Origin: Nitrosopumilaceae archaeon
GTDB taxonomy: Archaea > Thermoproteota > Nitrososphaeria > Nitrososphaerales > Nitrosopumilaceae
Assembly (NCBI GenBank): GCA_965207375.1
Contig: OZ242274.1
Location: forward strand, 832,001 to 896,000
DNA: 64,000 nt
Direction: 5' to 3'
This document shows positions 31,613-41,889 of this stretch, one piece after another (within the stretch, counting starts at the first letter, position 1; each line of letters opens with the position of its first letter). The notes beneath the pieces are model-generated. The model was not told the DNA's origin and searched no databases. It was given only the letters and a program-made list of their open reading frames with translations. Both the position numbers and the translations under genes were made by a program.

Positions 31613-31791
31613 TTATAGAATCTAATTAATTGAATATTTTTATTATGGTATTTTCTAGAGTAAATTAAATAAGCTGAGATCCAGAATATCTTTTGATTCG
31701 TATATCTAGCACAAGTCAAAAGCTTTGTGAATTTGTATTGTGATTTTATTTTTTCAGATGTAATTTTAAAACATGGGCATAGAAACCAGAG

Positions 31792-33321
31792 TTATTCTCG
31801 GGCTATCTGAATGTACTGGCCAGGATTTTTATCTCTGCCTTCGGGCAAATTAGTTATTCCTCCATTGAGGCTTTGTACTGATACTCCCTTGCTTGCTAGC
31901 ACCTGTGCTGCCATTGCAGACGTGTTTCCTGCCATACAAACAAGCAATGTCTTCTCATTACCTTGTAGTTCTTTAGTTAAATCTTCGGGTATCTGCTGTG
32001 TTGATAGCAAGTCATTGACGCAGCCTGCAGTTGGAACTGCAATCTTTGCTTTTTCAACACCTAGTGACTTTGCAATAATTTCAATGCCTTCCTCCTTTGG
32101 AGTGTATTGTGTGTGTACCCAAATTATTTTATCATAATCGTTTGCAGCCGCATCCTGAAGATCTATACGTATTGGAGCCTGCTCCTTTGAAATCTGCTCA
32201 AAACTCTTTTTGTATTTTTCAATGCCATCTGCAACTATAACTACAAACTTGTCAGCCTTGCCCGAATTTGCCAGCTCCATTACGGCATACAGCGCTAGGG
32301 CCGTACTTTCACCAATGTCATGTCCCTTGTCTACAAAATATTTTAAAAGAAACTTTGCCTTTTCATAGTCGATTTCATATTCTGCAGCATAGCTTTGGGG
32401 ACTGTACAACCTTAATCCTTCAGTCTTTGCATGCGTTCTAATTCCTGCAACATCCTGGCCTTCAGGAGGAAAAACAACATGAACAGATTTTTTATCGTAT
32501 TTTTCAGACATGTATTTGCTTAGACCTCCCGATGTTCCACCTGTACCAAATGCGCAAAGCAGCTGATAATCTTTCAACGAGTCACCATTTTGATGTAGCT
32601 GTTGATCAATTTCGGGTGCAGTCACTGCCTTGTGCACATCAATGTTGAGTTCGTTATCGTATTGTGCAGTACAAAACAGGCGGTATATTTTTGACAAAAA
32701 TACTGCCAGATTTATAATGTCCTGTTTAGATAGTAACGCTTTGATTTCTTCAAGATTCTCATCAAAGATTGTAGGATCAAATCCCAATTCTGATAGTTGC
32801 AAGCGAATATTTGCAGCCGTGGCCCGTGCTGCCAACTCATCTGCCTTGTTTTCCATTCCAGGTGCCGGACAAATATCCATGTCTAGATCCATGATTTTGA
32901 TATTTTCATTTCGCAGCTCCTCAAACACTCCCTCCTGTAATTTTCTTGAAACAAGTGCTATTACATCAATTCCAAGCTTTGATAGCTGTCCTAGTGCAAT
33001 TCCAAAGTTGCCCGAGGTTGCCTCAATTACTGTCTGATTGCCTTTTAGCTTTCCAGATGCAATTGCATCGTGAATAATATGAATTGCAGCCCTTACCTTG
33101 ATTGAGCCGCTCAACAAGGCAGAATCAAACTTTCCATATATCTTCAAGTCCTTGCCGTCAAGATCCATCTTGTATACGCTTTTTGCACACTCTTTGAGGT
33201 CTTGTGTAAGATCCACTAGCGGTGTTGGATTTACAATTGTATCCTCGCTTTTGTGTGGAGTCTTTTTCCATATTTCTTCCTCAAAGCGTTTTAAAAGCTC
33301 ATTATCAATATCTTGTGTCAT
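31792..33321 (-). CDS. PLP-dependent cysteine-synthase-like enzyme with C-terminal rhodanese-like domain
   Basis: SGSIKVRAA, EATSGNFG and GTGGT motifs. C-terminal LLVCMAGNTS...LNGGI. Confidence 0.85.
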   Translation of the reverse strand: MTQDIDNELLKRFEEEIWKKTPHKSEDTIVNPTPLVDLTQDLKECAKSVYKMDLDGKDLKIYGKFDSALLSGSIKVRAAIHIIHDAIASGKLKGNQTVIEATSGNFGIALGQLSKLGIDVIALVSRKLQEGVFEELRNENIKIMDLDMDICPAPGMENKADELAARATAANIRLQLSELGFDPTIFDENLEEIKALLSKQDIINLAVFLSKIYRLFCTAQYDNELNIDVHKAVTAPEIDQQLHQNGDSLKDYQLLCAFGTGGTSGGLSKYMSEKYDKKSVHVVFPPEGQDVAGIRTHAKTEGLRLYSPQSYAAEYEIDYEKAKFLLKYFVDKGHDIGESTALALYAVMELANSGKADKFVVIVADGIEKYKKSFEQISKEQAPIRIDLQDAAANDYDKIIWVHTQYTPKEEGIEIIAKSLGVEKAKIAVPTAGCVNDLLSTQQIPEDLTKELQGNEKTLLVCMAGNTSAMAAQVLASKGVSVQSLNGGITNLPEGRDKNPGQYIQIARE

Positions 33322-33671
33322 CAGTATATTCCAAAAATTTTACTTAATTTAGAAGTTTTCCTGTGGGATCTAATAAGGTGCAGCCGATCCCACATTATCT
33401 TGAATTATACATTACTAGTCTTGAGTTTTTTGAGCTGATTCAGTTGATGTTCTGTATCATCAAATGCCTTTCTTAACCATTCATCTCCTCTAGATGTCCT
33501 GTTGTTTTTCCCATGGATTCTGTATATTCTCCTGTTGATGCAGTGATACATGCGGCTCCAGTCATTATCTTTGCTATATTTGATGTACCCTGTTCTTTGA
33601 TGTCGTTGTCTGAATGATGCCGTACAGTTCTATGAATTTCTTCAAAGATGGGACGATATTTTGACATGTGA

Positions 33672-33950
33672 GTGGATTATTCATTATATTGTCAGGCACC
33701 TGAGGTTTCCGGAGGGACACTGCACTCCAATCAAGAAAAGGGTGCAAAGCTCACAGAGGAGCAAAAGGAATACAACAAAATCCACTCAAAGAATCGTGTA
33801 TATGTAGAACGTGCAATACGCAGGGTCAAGACCTGGCGTATCATGGGAAACGTATACGGCAATCCACTCATAAAATATGACTGGATTAATGATATTGTGT
33901 GCGGTTTGGTAAACCGTAACATCTGGTGGCGATTGGTTCAGATGGCCTGA
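33672..33950 (+). pseudogene. IS5/ISL2-like transposase C-terminal fragment
   Basis: LTEEQKEYNKIHSKNRVYVERAIRRVKTWRIM. Confidence 0.7.
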
Positions 33951-34180
33951 TTGAGGAAGGGCATCTGGATGGCAGCAGATATGCATGAAAAATAATTACG
34001 GATCACCTCTCCTGTATGATCTAGATTTGACTTGCAACTCTTCATGAACTTTTGATGCCATGTGTGATTCGTAAGTGGATGAAGATTGTGCTTGAGGCAC
34101 AGTTTTGTAGTGCCGATATTGGTCTTGATTGATTCTAGTACTATCTGGATCTTTTGATCTGGCGTAAACTTGATTTTCAT
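33938..34180 (-). pseudogene. IS3-like OrfA (HTH) remnant
   Basis: KFTPDQKIQIVLESIK...LCLKHNLHP...W pattern. No OrfB follows. Confidence 0.65.
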
Positions 34181-34396
34181 AGTGTATTTCTCCAGTTATC
34201 TGACTTGAGGTGTATGAAAACAAGTGTTCCTATTCTGGCTGGGTCCTCACCACTCTGAAAATATGTTCCAATCTAAATTTAGCATAAAATTTCAGATCTG
34301 GACGGTTTGTATACATACAGCTTTCTAAAATCTATCTGCTATGGATTATTTTTCTTTACACTGTTTGCAATTCTAAAATTGCCGTATTTGTGTAAA

Positions 34397-35965
34397 CTAT
34401 ACCTGTTCTAGTATGCCTAAAACCTTGTTTGGAATGTCATTTAACCTGCTTACTGCCAATGTCTTTTCATAGCCTAGGGTTTTGAGATTGCCTGCAATAG
34501 TGGTGGCCCGTATGGTGTTTGGACCAAAACCAAGAGCTACCATTTTGATTCCTATCGTTTTAAATGATTTAACCATTGCACGCACCGCATTGGGATCTGA
34601 GGGTTCGCCGTCTGTAAGTGTCAGAAAAATCTCCGGACTGCTTGTCTGCATTGATGCAAACATCTTGTCATAGACCTCTGCTAACGGCGTTGCACCGTTT
34701 GCTGCAACCTGCGCTAGTCTTTTTGCACAAATATGATTCCATTTCAAATTTTCCGGCTTGACTAGCCAGCATACTACAGTTCTGTCCTGCGTACTAAATG
34801 CATATACTGAAAAGTTTACCTTCAGATATGACAATACCTCACACAATGCCAGTGTTGCCTTTTTGTATTCTATTTGATCCGCTGATATGCTAGATGAATG
34901 ATCAAGCAGTATCACGATTTTAGTCTTTATTGTATTTTTTAAATCCGTAAAGAACGGCTCTGTGCCTTCAATGAAACTTTCTTCATCAAACTCGTCGCCA
35001 GATATCAGGTGCTGCTCCCTCCAACCTGATTTCCATTCCTTGAATTTTGTCTTTAGCTTGTTGATCAAATCTGCATCATAAATTACAGTCTCATCAGTGT
35101 CATCTATTGCAGGCATTTTTACCCCTATCATTTCTGTACCCAAGCCCCGATTTTCATTTTTTTTATTTTCCTCAACTAGTATCTTGTATTCATCAAATAT
35201 CTCCTGTCCTTGCAATGCTGCATTTGGATCTATCTTGCCAAAGTCTCCTTGCCGATTTTTTGATATCTTTATCAACGCCTGCAATATCTCCTCCTCGTTT
35301 AGTGCCATGCCCTGCCTCATCCATGGCAGCGACACAGGAATCGTCAGTAGCGAATCTATATCCAAAACCTTGATTATTTCTGGAACCTTTTTTTCCATCC
35401 ATTCTGTATCGTAATTGTTTTGTATTGCCTGCTCTAGCAGCACGTCTGCATACTGTTTTGCCTGCTGTATTTTTTCAAGGTGACTACCCTGAATTTCGCC
35501 CTTTATACCTCCAAACAAAAACATCTGGTAAAATGCCTCTACAATTCTTGCTTTTCCGTAAAGCGAGCCTAGTTGCGGCCTATAGTTTAGCGCATATGCG
35601 TAATTAAACACTATTTCATTGTCCATTCCCCTCCAGGTCTTTCTTGCTAGCGCCTCGACTCTCTTAGTTTCAAGTGCGTTTAGTATGAATCCAAACGCAT
35701 GATCGTTGCTTAGTATTTTTTTGCAGTGTCTTATGCGGACTGCTTCATACCACAGTGCAGTCCTAAATTGCCTGTACCTTTGAAAGTTATTTCCCTGATA
35801 TTTGTCAAATGGAAGCAGCGTTATCTTTTTTTCCTTTAGCCATGTTTTTGCCTGGTTTTTGTCTGAAAACTCTATTGTAATGTTTTCAACGCCTGACCAT
35901 CGCCTGACCAAAAATGTGGCAATTTCTAAAAGCGTATCCTTTCTTAATTGGAATGCCTGCATCAT
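34397..35965 (-). CDS. vWA-domain protein (CbbO/NorD-like partner of a MoxR ATPase)
   Basis: MIDAS motif LLDHSSS, GATPL and LTDGEP. Confidence 0.88.
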   Translation of the reverse strand: MMQAFQLRKDTLLEIATFLVRRWSGVENITIEFSDKNQAKTWLKEKKITLLPFDKYQGNNFQRYRQFRTALWYEAVRIRHCKKILSNDHAFGFILNALETKRVEALARKTWRGMDNEIVFNYAYALNYRPQLGSLYGKARIVEAFYQMFLFGGIKGEIQGSHLEKIQQAKQYADVLLEQAIQNNYDTEWMEKKVPEIIKVLDIDSLLTIPVSLPWMRQGMALNEEEILQALIKISKNRQGDFGKIDPNAALQGQEIFDEYKILVEENKKNENRGLGTEMIGVKMPAIDDTDETVIYDADLINKLKTKFKEWKSGWREQHLISGDEFDEESFIEGTEPFFTDLKNTIKTKIVILLDHSSSISADQIEYKKATLALCEVLSYLKVNFSVYAFSTQDRTVVCWLVKPENLKWNHICAKRLAQVAANGATPLAEVYDKMFASMQTSSPEIFLTLTDGEPSDPNAVRAMVKSFKTIGIKMVALGFGPNTIRATTIAGNLKTLGYEKTLAVSRLNDIPNKVLGILEQV

Positions 35966-36762
35966 GCCTCAAACATCGACGTGATAATGTCGCTTACCTT
36001 TTGATGCTCTACTGTACCCCATTGTGCGTACACATTTCCAAAGACTAGCTCTGCTGCTTCTTTGATGGGAACCTTCATCTCTAGTAATTTTGCATAGGCA
36101 ATAGTTTCTCTCAAGCTGGGCGAATAGTACAGCTCTTCTACTGCTGCTGCCTGCCTTAGAGTATTTGCAAGTTTTATTCCCTGCCTGATTTTGTCATCTG
36201 ATGAATCTGAAACATATTTTTTTACAATGTCAAGCTCTGTGTCTTCTGGAGGATATTCCAATCTGATTCTTACAGGAAATCTGCTCAAAATCTGTGGTGG
36301 CAGCTCCTTTGTCCCAACATGGGTTAACGGATTTATAGTTGCAATCACAAACCATCCCTGTTTGGCATGCACGACCTCTCCTGCAGATTCCTTTAGCGCT
36401 ATCTGGCGCCGGTCATCTAATGCTTCATCTAGTCTTAACAGCACATCTGCCTCTGCTGCATTGATTTCATCTAGATATAACATGCTGCCCTCCCTCATTG
36501 ATTTTATCAAGATGCCCTCATCAAATCCTACCGAGCCGTCTGTTAGGGTTTTGGTTCCAACTAGGTGACTCTCTCTTGTTCTCAAACTGAAATTGATTGA
36601 CTCCAATTTAGCAGATTTGCCTGCCACAAAATCCCTTACTAGCGTGGTTTTTCCCGTGCCCTTGGGGCCAATTACCAACACAAACAATCCAGATTCATAG
36701 GCCTTTGCTAGTGTCTTCATGGAGTCATTCCAATCCAAATATTTTGTCTGATTCATTTGCAA
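35962..36762 (-). CDS. MoxR-type AAA+ ATPase (CbbQ/NirQ/NorQ)
   Basis: GPKGTGKT, YLDEIN, ATINP and SRF motifs. Confidence 0.9.
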   Translation of the reverse strand: MQMNQTKYLDWNDSMKTLAKAYESGLFVLVIGPKGTGKTTLVRDFVAGKSAKLESINFSLRTRESHLVGTKTLTDGSVGFDEGILIKSMREGSMLYLDEINAAEADVLLRLDEALDDRRQIALKESAGEVVHAKQGWFVIATINPLTHVGTKELPPQILSRFPVRIRLEYPPEDTELDIVKKYVSDSSDDKIRQGIKLANTLRQAAAVEELYYSPSLRETIAYAKLLEMKVPIKEAAELVFGNVYAQWGTVEHQKVSDIITSMFEA

Positions 36763-36792
36763 AACAACGGGCTCTTAATTTACAAATAAGTC

Positions 36793-38250
36793 TTAGTTTT
36801 GATACTGGACTAGTTTTGTATTGGATTCATCTAGAATCTGGTGTAATTTCTTACTCCATGTGTCAAATCCTTGAGGGGATTCTGGATAGTTGTAATAGTG
36901 TTCTGTTAGCAGCCTGTTTTGTTTGGTGGTGAATCTGAGCCCATCTGCTAGTTTTTTGTTTAATGCACCGCGAATCATCATTGATAGCTTGCTTAGGTTG
37001 CTAAAGTCAGGATGCTCGCCCTTTGAAATTGCCTCAACATCTAGGTTTCCCAAAAAGTGCTTCATGCCGTAGCTGATTTGCTCATTTGTCAATGTCTGAA
37101 TCAGCCTTCTAAAAATCTCCAATCCTGCCGTCTTGTACCCGTATTCGTCAATGAACTCCTTGTTGTACTTCCATAATCCATTCTCTGTTACATCTCCTGT
37201 CTGAATCGCCTCGACTGCACATTTTCCTACAATGGTTCCTGCAACTAGTGCAGGACCTATGCCCCCTGCATCAAGCGGCTTTGGCATCCATGCAGAGTCT
37301 CCGACCAACATGAAACCGTTTGCCACCATGCAGTCGTTTTGTCTTCTTACTGAAACCTGAAAATTGCCTGTTGCGTTTTGCCTGTCTGCATCATCTGTGG
37401 AAATCTTTGGATTCTTTATTGCACCGTTTCTTTCTACATACTGATCAATTAGCATTGAAACGTTGTCCTTTTTTGCAAGTCTCTTGTTTCTTGCCTCAAG
37501 AAGTGTTTTTTCAACTCCTAGTCCTATGTTTACCTTGTTTTTGCCCTTTGGAAACACCCAGCCATATCCGCCCGGTGCTATGTCTTGATCTAGGTGAATT
37601 ATGCAATAGTCGGGGTCAAACTCTGTCAGGTCCTGCTGCCCGTCTTCAAAGTGCATGATGTGCCGTCCTGTTGATTCTACATCGCGTCTGTCTACCTTGC
37701 GTTCCATTTTTGTAGTGTTTGTAATCTGGTTGCGCAGCATTGATGTCATTCCTGTTGCATCAATTACTATTTTGGCAGTTTTTGAATATGGCTCCTTTGT
37801 CTTGCTGTTGACCCCCTTTACTCCTGTAACCTGATTTTCCTGGTAAATTAATCCCATTAAATTTACATCAAAGTCAAAATCTACTCCCATTTTCTGGGTG
37901 CGCGCATTTTGTACTTCAGGCAACAGCCTTCTGTTTAGCATGTACCCTGCACCATCAAAGGGAATTGATGTCTCACGGTCTGGAGAAAATGCCATGACTC
38001 CCTTTACATGGTGTTCAATTTCAGGCTCTGACCATTTTACCTTGATTCGGTCCGTCATGTAATCTACTGCCTCCTTGCTTACTGCATCCCCGCATATCCA
38101 GCCTGCCACACTTTTTTCTCCAGGCAGATTTGACGGATTTCTGTCTACTACTAGGATCTTTAATCCCTGATTAGAATAATGTGAGGCTGATTGGGCAACA
38201 ATTGTGCCTGCTAGTCCTCCACCTGCTATTATGATATCGTAATCTGTCAC
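36793..38250 (-). CDS. Geranylgeranyl reductase-family flavoprotein
   Basis: GGGLAG, CGDA, DATG, GYGWVFP and VGDSA...GGI motifs. Confidence 0.88.
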   Translation of the reverse strand: MTDYDIIIAGGGLAGTIVAQSASHYSNQGLKILVVDRNPSNLPGEKSVAGWICGDAVSKEAVDYMTDRIKVKWSEPEIEHHVKGVMAFSPDRETSIPFDGAGYMLNRRLLPEVQNARTQKMGVDFDFDVNLMGLIYQENQVTGVKGVNSKTKEPYSKTAKIVIDATGMTSMLRNQITNTTKMERKVDRRDVESTGRHIMHFEDGQQDLTEFDPDYCIIHLDQDIAPGGYGWVFPKGKNKVNIGLGVEKTLLEARNKRLAKKDNVSMLIDQYVERNGAIKNPKISTDDADRQNATGNFQVSVRRQNDCMVANGFMLVGDSAWMPKPLDAGGIGPALVAGTIVGKCAVEAIQTGDVTENGLWKYNKEFIDEYGYKTAGLEIFRRLIQTLTNEQISYGMKHFLGNLDVEAISKGEHPDFSNLSKLSMMIRGALNKKLADGLRFTTKQNRLLTEHYYNYPESPQGFDTWSKKLHQILDESNTKLVQYQN

Positions 38251-38308
38251 AAAAAAGACCATCGTACTTTGTTATTTAAAACCATCTTGTTTTGATATAA
38301 CAGAATTA

Positions 38309-38376
38309 GGGTCGGATCGTCGCGGCCTCTTCAATGCGCTTGCTCAGACTGGAGCGGCTAGTATTTCCTCATTCCC
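38309..38376 (-). ncRNA. Candidate C/D-box sRNA
   Basis: GGGA-AUGAGGA(C)-18 nt-CUGA(D')-9 nt-UUGAAGA(C')-12 nt-CCGA(D)-CCC. GC-rich intergenic patch with a terminal stem and a TATA-like ttaaatat upstream. Confidence 0.6.
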
Positions 38377-38400
38377 ATGTTTTAGTGGTGTTTTTCATAT

Positions 38401-38814
38401 TTAATTTAGTTGCAAGCCAAGCAGAGCCTGATACGCCTGAAGAATTTCTTTTTTGTTGTATACTGGGGTGTAAATCTTTAATTTTATTGCATTTTCTTCT
38501 CCTAGAACTATATTGCCCTGTACAAACTCTTGCTTGTCTAGTCTGATGTATAGGCTAGAGTCATCCATTCTTTGATCAAGTGGCTCTAAAATCTCTGAGA
38601 TGTCTTTTATTTTATCAATTATTTGTCTTGCTGCGTCTTTTGTAATTTGTACTGTAAGTATAGTTATTGGGTTATCAAAGTGGCCTGTTAATTCCTGAAT
38701 ATCAAACTGTTTTTTTGTAATTCCAAATGACTCTTCAAATGCATCATAGAATTTTTTTATGTCTTCGGTGGCATGTATGATGACATCTATTGTAATCTCT
38801 AGTTTGTTACTCAT
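38401..38814 (-). CDS. DUF54-type RNA-binding protein (exosome-associated)
   Basis: HATED, GHFDNPI and YIRLDKQ motifs. Confidence 0.8.
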   Translation of the reverse strand: MSNKLEITIDVIIHATEDIKKFYDAFEESFGITKKQFDIQELTGHFDNPITILTVQITKDAARQIIDKIKDISEILEPLDQRMDDSSLYIRLDKQEFVQGNIVLGEENAIKLKIYTPVYNKKEILQAYQALLGLQLN

Positions 38815-38832
38815 TAGAATCTAGTATGACAT

Positions 38833-39444
38833 CTATGCTTCTAGCAGTACTGTTTGTGCTGCTGCAGTTCTGACTAGCTTGACCTTTTCTAGACCTACAT
38901 GTCTAACTCTGATTAGTTTCTTGGCTGCAGCCATGATGTCTGAGTTGATCTTGCCATAGCATGTTGCCTGTACGAACTGATCAATTGACATCTGTGGTAC
39001 GGATTTTTCAATTATATCTTTTGCAATTAATCGCAATGCGTGTTTTCTTGAGGTGTTAAGCTGTCTTTGTGTCAATACGATAACTTTGATTCTGAAAATA
39101 TTTCCGTCCTTTGTTTTGGCATCTATTATAAAGTTGATTTTCGAAGAACCGCGTCTTACCAAACTTCTCAAAAACTCTTTTGAATATTCGTAGCGCTTGA
39201 AGATTGATGTTGCCTTTTCGTCTTTTACATTGTCAATTTGGAAATACATCTTGTATTGGTGCTGTGATGGATCTCCCTTTAGAATATCAAACAGTGTGAC
39301 CTCTACGACCCTTCCTACTGCCTTTTCATCATCTGTAATTGGAACGTAAGCTACTGGAACGTTGTTAAATGACTCTGGAGCATATACGTTGACCCATTTC
39401 TTTTCTCTCCACTTATCCTTTACTCGGGTCTTTCTACGTGCCAA
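38833..39444 (-). CDS. rps3ae: 30S ribosomal protein S3Ae (eS1)
   Basis: KDKWREKKW, GRVVEVTL and RSLVRRGSSKI motifs. Confidence 0.95.
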   Translation of the reverse strand: MARRKTRVKDKWREKKWVNVYAPESFNNVPVAYVPITDDEKAVGRVVEVTLFDILKGDPSQHQYKMYFQIDNVKDEKATSIFKRYEYSKEFLRSLVRRGSSKINFIIDAKTKDGNIFRIKVIVLTQRQLNTSRKHALRLIAKDIIEKSVPQMSIDQFVQATCYGKINSDIMAAAKKLIRVRHVGLEKVKLVRTAAAQTVLLEA

Positions 39445-39829
39445 TTACTAACGACCTTTGAATCCAAAATATAAGGTATGCGGAAACATTTTGGCATTTT
39501 GATGGGGCCCTTACATGACACGTAGTGATTTTAAAAAAGAATGAAACCCAAATTCCTGAAAAAAGAGTCTGCATGCCCCATATATTGGACCAAATTTGAG
39601 CACAATGTGCCTGTTTAGTTGGTCATATTTGGTAACGTATGGGATCAAAGAAATTAGAACTTGCGATACAAAAGATTGACGTGCCTAGAGGCAATTATGA
39701 AACAGCATCTAAAGGCACATCAAGATACACTTGATAATGCCATATTTAACTGCCCATGTTGCGAGGCCGATATTTTATGAAGCCATCCCCAGGGGTAAGG
39801 AGAGGAATAGAGTTTCTCAAAGGTACAAC

Positions 39830-40439
39830 TACATCTGAGATGGAACATCGTCTAAAGGCAGAACACTCTGGCAAGTCACGTGAGCGACTACAGGTAGGCA
39901 CTGCTGCGTAGACAGGGCCTAGACCTAGAATCTATACGTAAAATCCTAGGACGAGGTAAGGGCAGCATCTCAAGATGGCTAAACCAGATGTAAAAAGAAG
40001 GACCTGATGCAATACTTGACGGTAAGAGTACAGGAAGACCCTGCAAGCTCTCAAAGGTGCAGCAGGAGGCAGTCAGGAGATCTCTTGCCCAAGATCCAAT
40101 GTGTAGCGGTTTTGAGCGCTAAAACTGGACTGCCAGACTGCTTGGAGTACACATTGAGAACAATTATGGTACCAATACAGTGCATCAGGAGCTCTTGCAC
40201 TTGCGTATGGCATGGGTTATTCCATCAGGGTGCCTAGATCCATACCATACAATACGCCTGACAAGGAGACAATTGACAAATATGTAAAAAACACTATACA
40301 AGCAATTACGTCACATGCATCTGCAGATTATGCCATCTATTGTTTGGATGCTGCAGGATTTGCCGATTCGCAGTTTTCTGCTCGCGGGATTCGTCCCATA
40401 GGTGGACATGAAACTGTAAAGTCTAACTTTAAGATTGCT
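39830..40439 (+). pseudogene. IS630-family transposase remnant
   Basis: Frameshifted pieces KSRERLQ, ISRWL, TGRPCKLS, WTARLL, GYSIRVPR and CLDAAGF. Truncated where IS481 begins. Confidence 0.7.
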
Positions 40440-40454
40440 ACCATTGTTTGATGC

Positions 40455-41489
40455 TGTATTATATCAAAAGTCGGTCCGCTAATCATCAGTATCCTTCTCC
40501 ATCCATTTTGGGTCACTTTTTCTGATCGCATCAGGTACTTTTTTGTTTCTAAACGCCTGCAATGGAACCTCACAGTGCTCAATGTCCAGTGAAAAGTGCA
40601 GTCTGCGCTCATTGTAATAATCAACATACTCTCTCAGATTTTCATAATGCCATATTTCCTCATCTATGCTGCGGTGGAATCGTTCCAGCTTGCCGTTGGT
40701 CTGTGGATGATACGGACTAGTGTTTATCAGTATGATGTCTCTTTGTAAGAGCTCCTCCTCAAAGAGGGTAGGAGTCCACGTTTTCTTTTTCTTTCTACCG
40801 CTTCGTCCTACAAAACACGCACCGTTATCAGATAGTATGGATGCAGGTGCGCCAAACCGCTTTATTGCAAGTCTTAGTGCCAGTACGGCATTCTCAGATG
40901 TTGCATGTTGAAACAGTGCAGCACCTGTTATACATCTTGAGGCATCATCAAGATATGTGACTAGATTCGTGCCTGTAAAGCGTGGATCTTTCATTTCATG
41001 CCAGTCCACATGCCACATGGCGTTTGCATATTTTCGCTCAAAGCGGACGTATTTTCGCTTTTTTGATTTTGCATCAGATGATATTATCATGCCGTTTTTT
41101 TTCATAATACGGTATACGGTACGATAGCTAATATCATAATTGTCCTGTAGTCTTTTTGCAGTACGCAGTACCCCTACAGGTTCATTCTTGTAGGCCTCAG
41201 TTACTAGACGTATTTGTGTAGATGTAATTCCAATGTGTGGTCTACCTATTTTCACGTGAGTTGTTCCAGTAGCCTGAGCTCTGGCCCATAGTCTTCTTAC
41301 GTGCCTTTCAGTAATTCCAAGATCCTGGGCTATCTGGGATGACTTTATTCCCTTTTTGCGCTGTCTAATTATGTATTGTCTGGATTCCTCTGTCAGTCTT
41401 TTTGCCATGGGTTTTCTTGATCGATGCAGTCTGAAATAATCAGCGATCGTCCTCCTGATCCTAGACGGACTGACTTTTCGTACAATAGA
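40455..41489 (-). mobile_element. IS481-family element with 24-bp imperfect TIRs and a 15-bp TSD
   Basis: TIR tgtattatatcaaaagtcggtccg versus tctattgtacgaaaagtcagtccg (19/24). accattgtttgatgc at 40440-40454 and 41490-41504. Confidence 0.9.
40479..41408 (-). CDS. IS481-family transposase (HTH plus rve integrase core)
   Basis: WHVD, LDDASR, SDNG, PQTNGKLERF and YNERRLH motifs. Confidence 0.92.
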   Translation of the reverse strand: MAKRLTEESRQYIIRQRKKGIKSSQIAQDLGITERHVRRLWARAQATGTTHVKIGRPHIGITSTQIRLVTEAYKNEPVGVLRTAKRLQDNYDISYRTVYRIMKKNGMIISSDAKSKKRKYVRFERKYANAMWHVDWHEMKDPRFTGTNLVTYLDDASRCITGAALFQHATSENAVLALRLAIKRFGAPASILSDNGACFVGRSGRKKKKTWTPTLFEEELLQRDIILINTSPYHPQTNGKLERFHRSIDEEIWHYENLREYVDYYNERRLHFSLDIEHCEVPLQAFRNKKVPDAIRKSDPKWMEKDTDD

Positions 41490-41889
41490 ACCATTGTTTG
41501 ATGCAATAAATCAGGCCAAAAACGTCCTTCAGACATCTGTAATCTGAAAAACATATCAGGATTTCAAGGGTTGTCTTTTCAGGGTAACCTAAGCTCAGAA
41601 ACTGCACCAATATGCAAAAACATGCCACAACATGTTTGATTTTATGAATTTGCCCATATTCTGTCATGATTTTGCGTTTTGCCTGTGGCTGAAATCTAAT
41701 AGTATAGGAGACAACCAGAAAGCGTTCCATTCTTTTTTGCGATTACTATGGGCTGGATTCAACAAGGAATCTTACGGCTGATCCCGGAGAAATTTACATA
41801 GATGCTTTTGTTATATTTTGTGCTTTTGCTATATTTGAATTGAAATGATATATTTTATATCATGGTATCTGATATATGAAACTAACAGC

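Noticed and set aside
38340-38365. gctcagactggagcg resembling a tRNA D-arm
   Set aside because: No T-arm (GTTCRA) or acceptor stem. The opposite strand fits a C/D-box layout.
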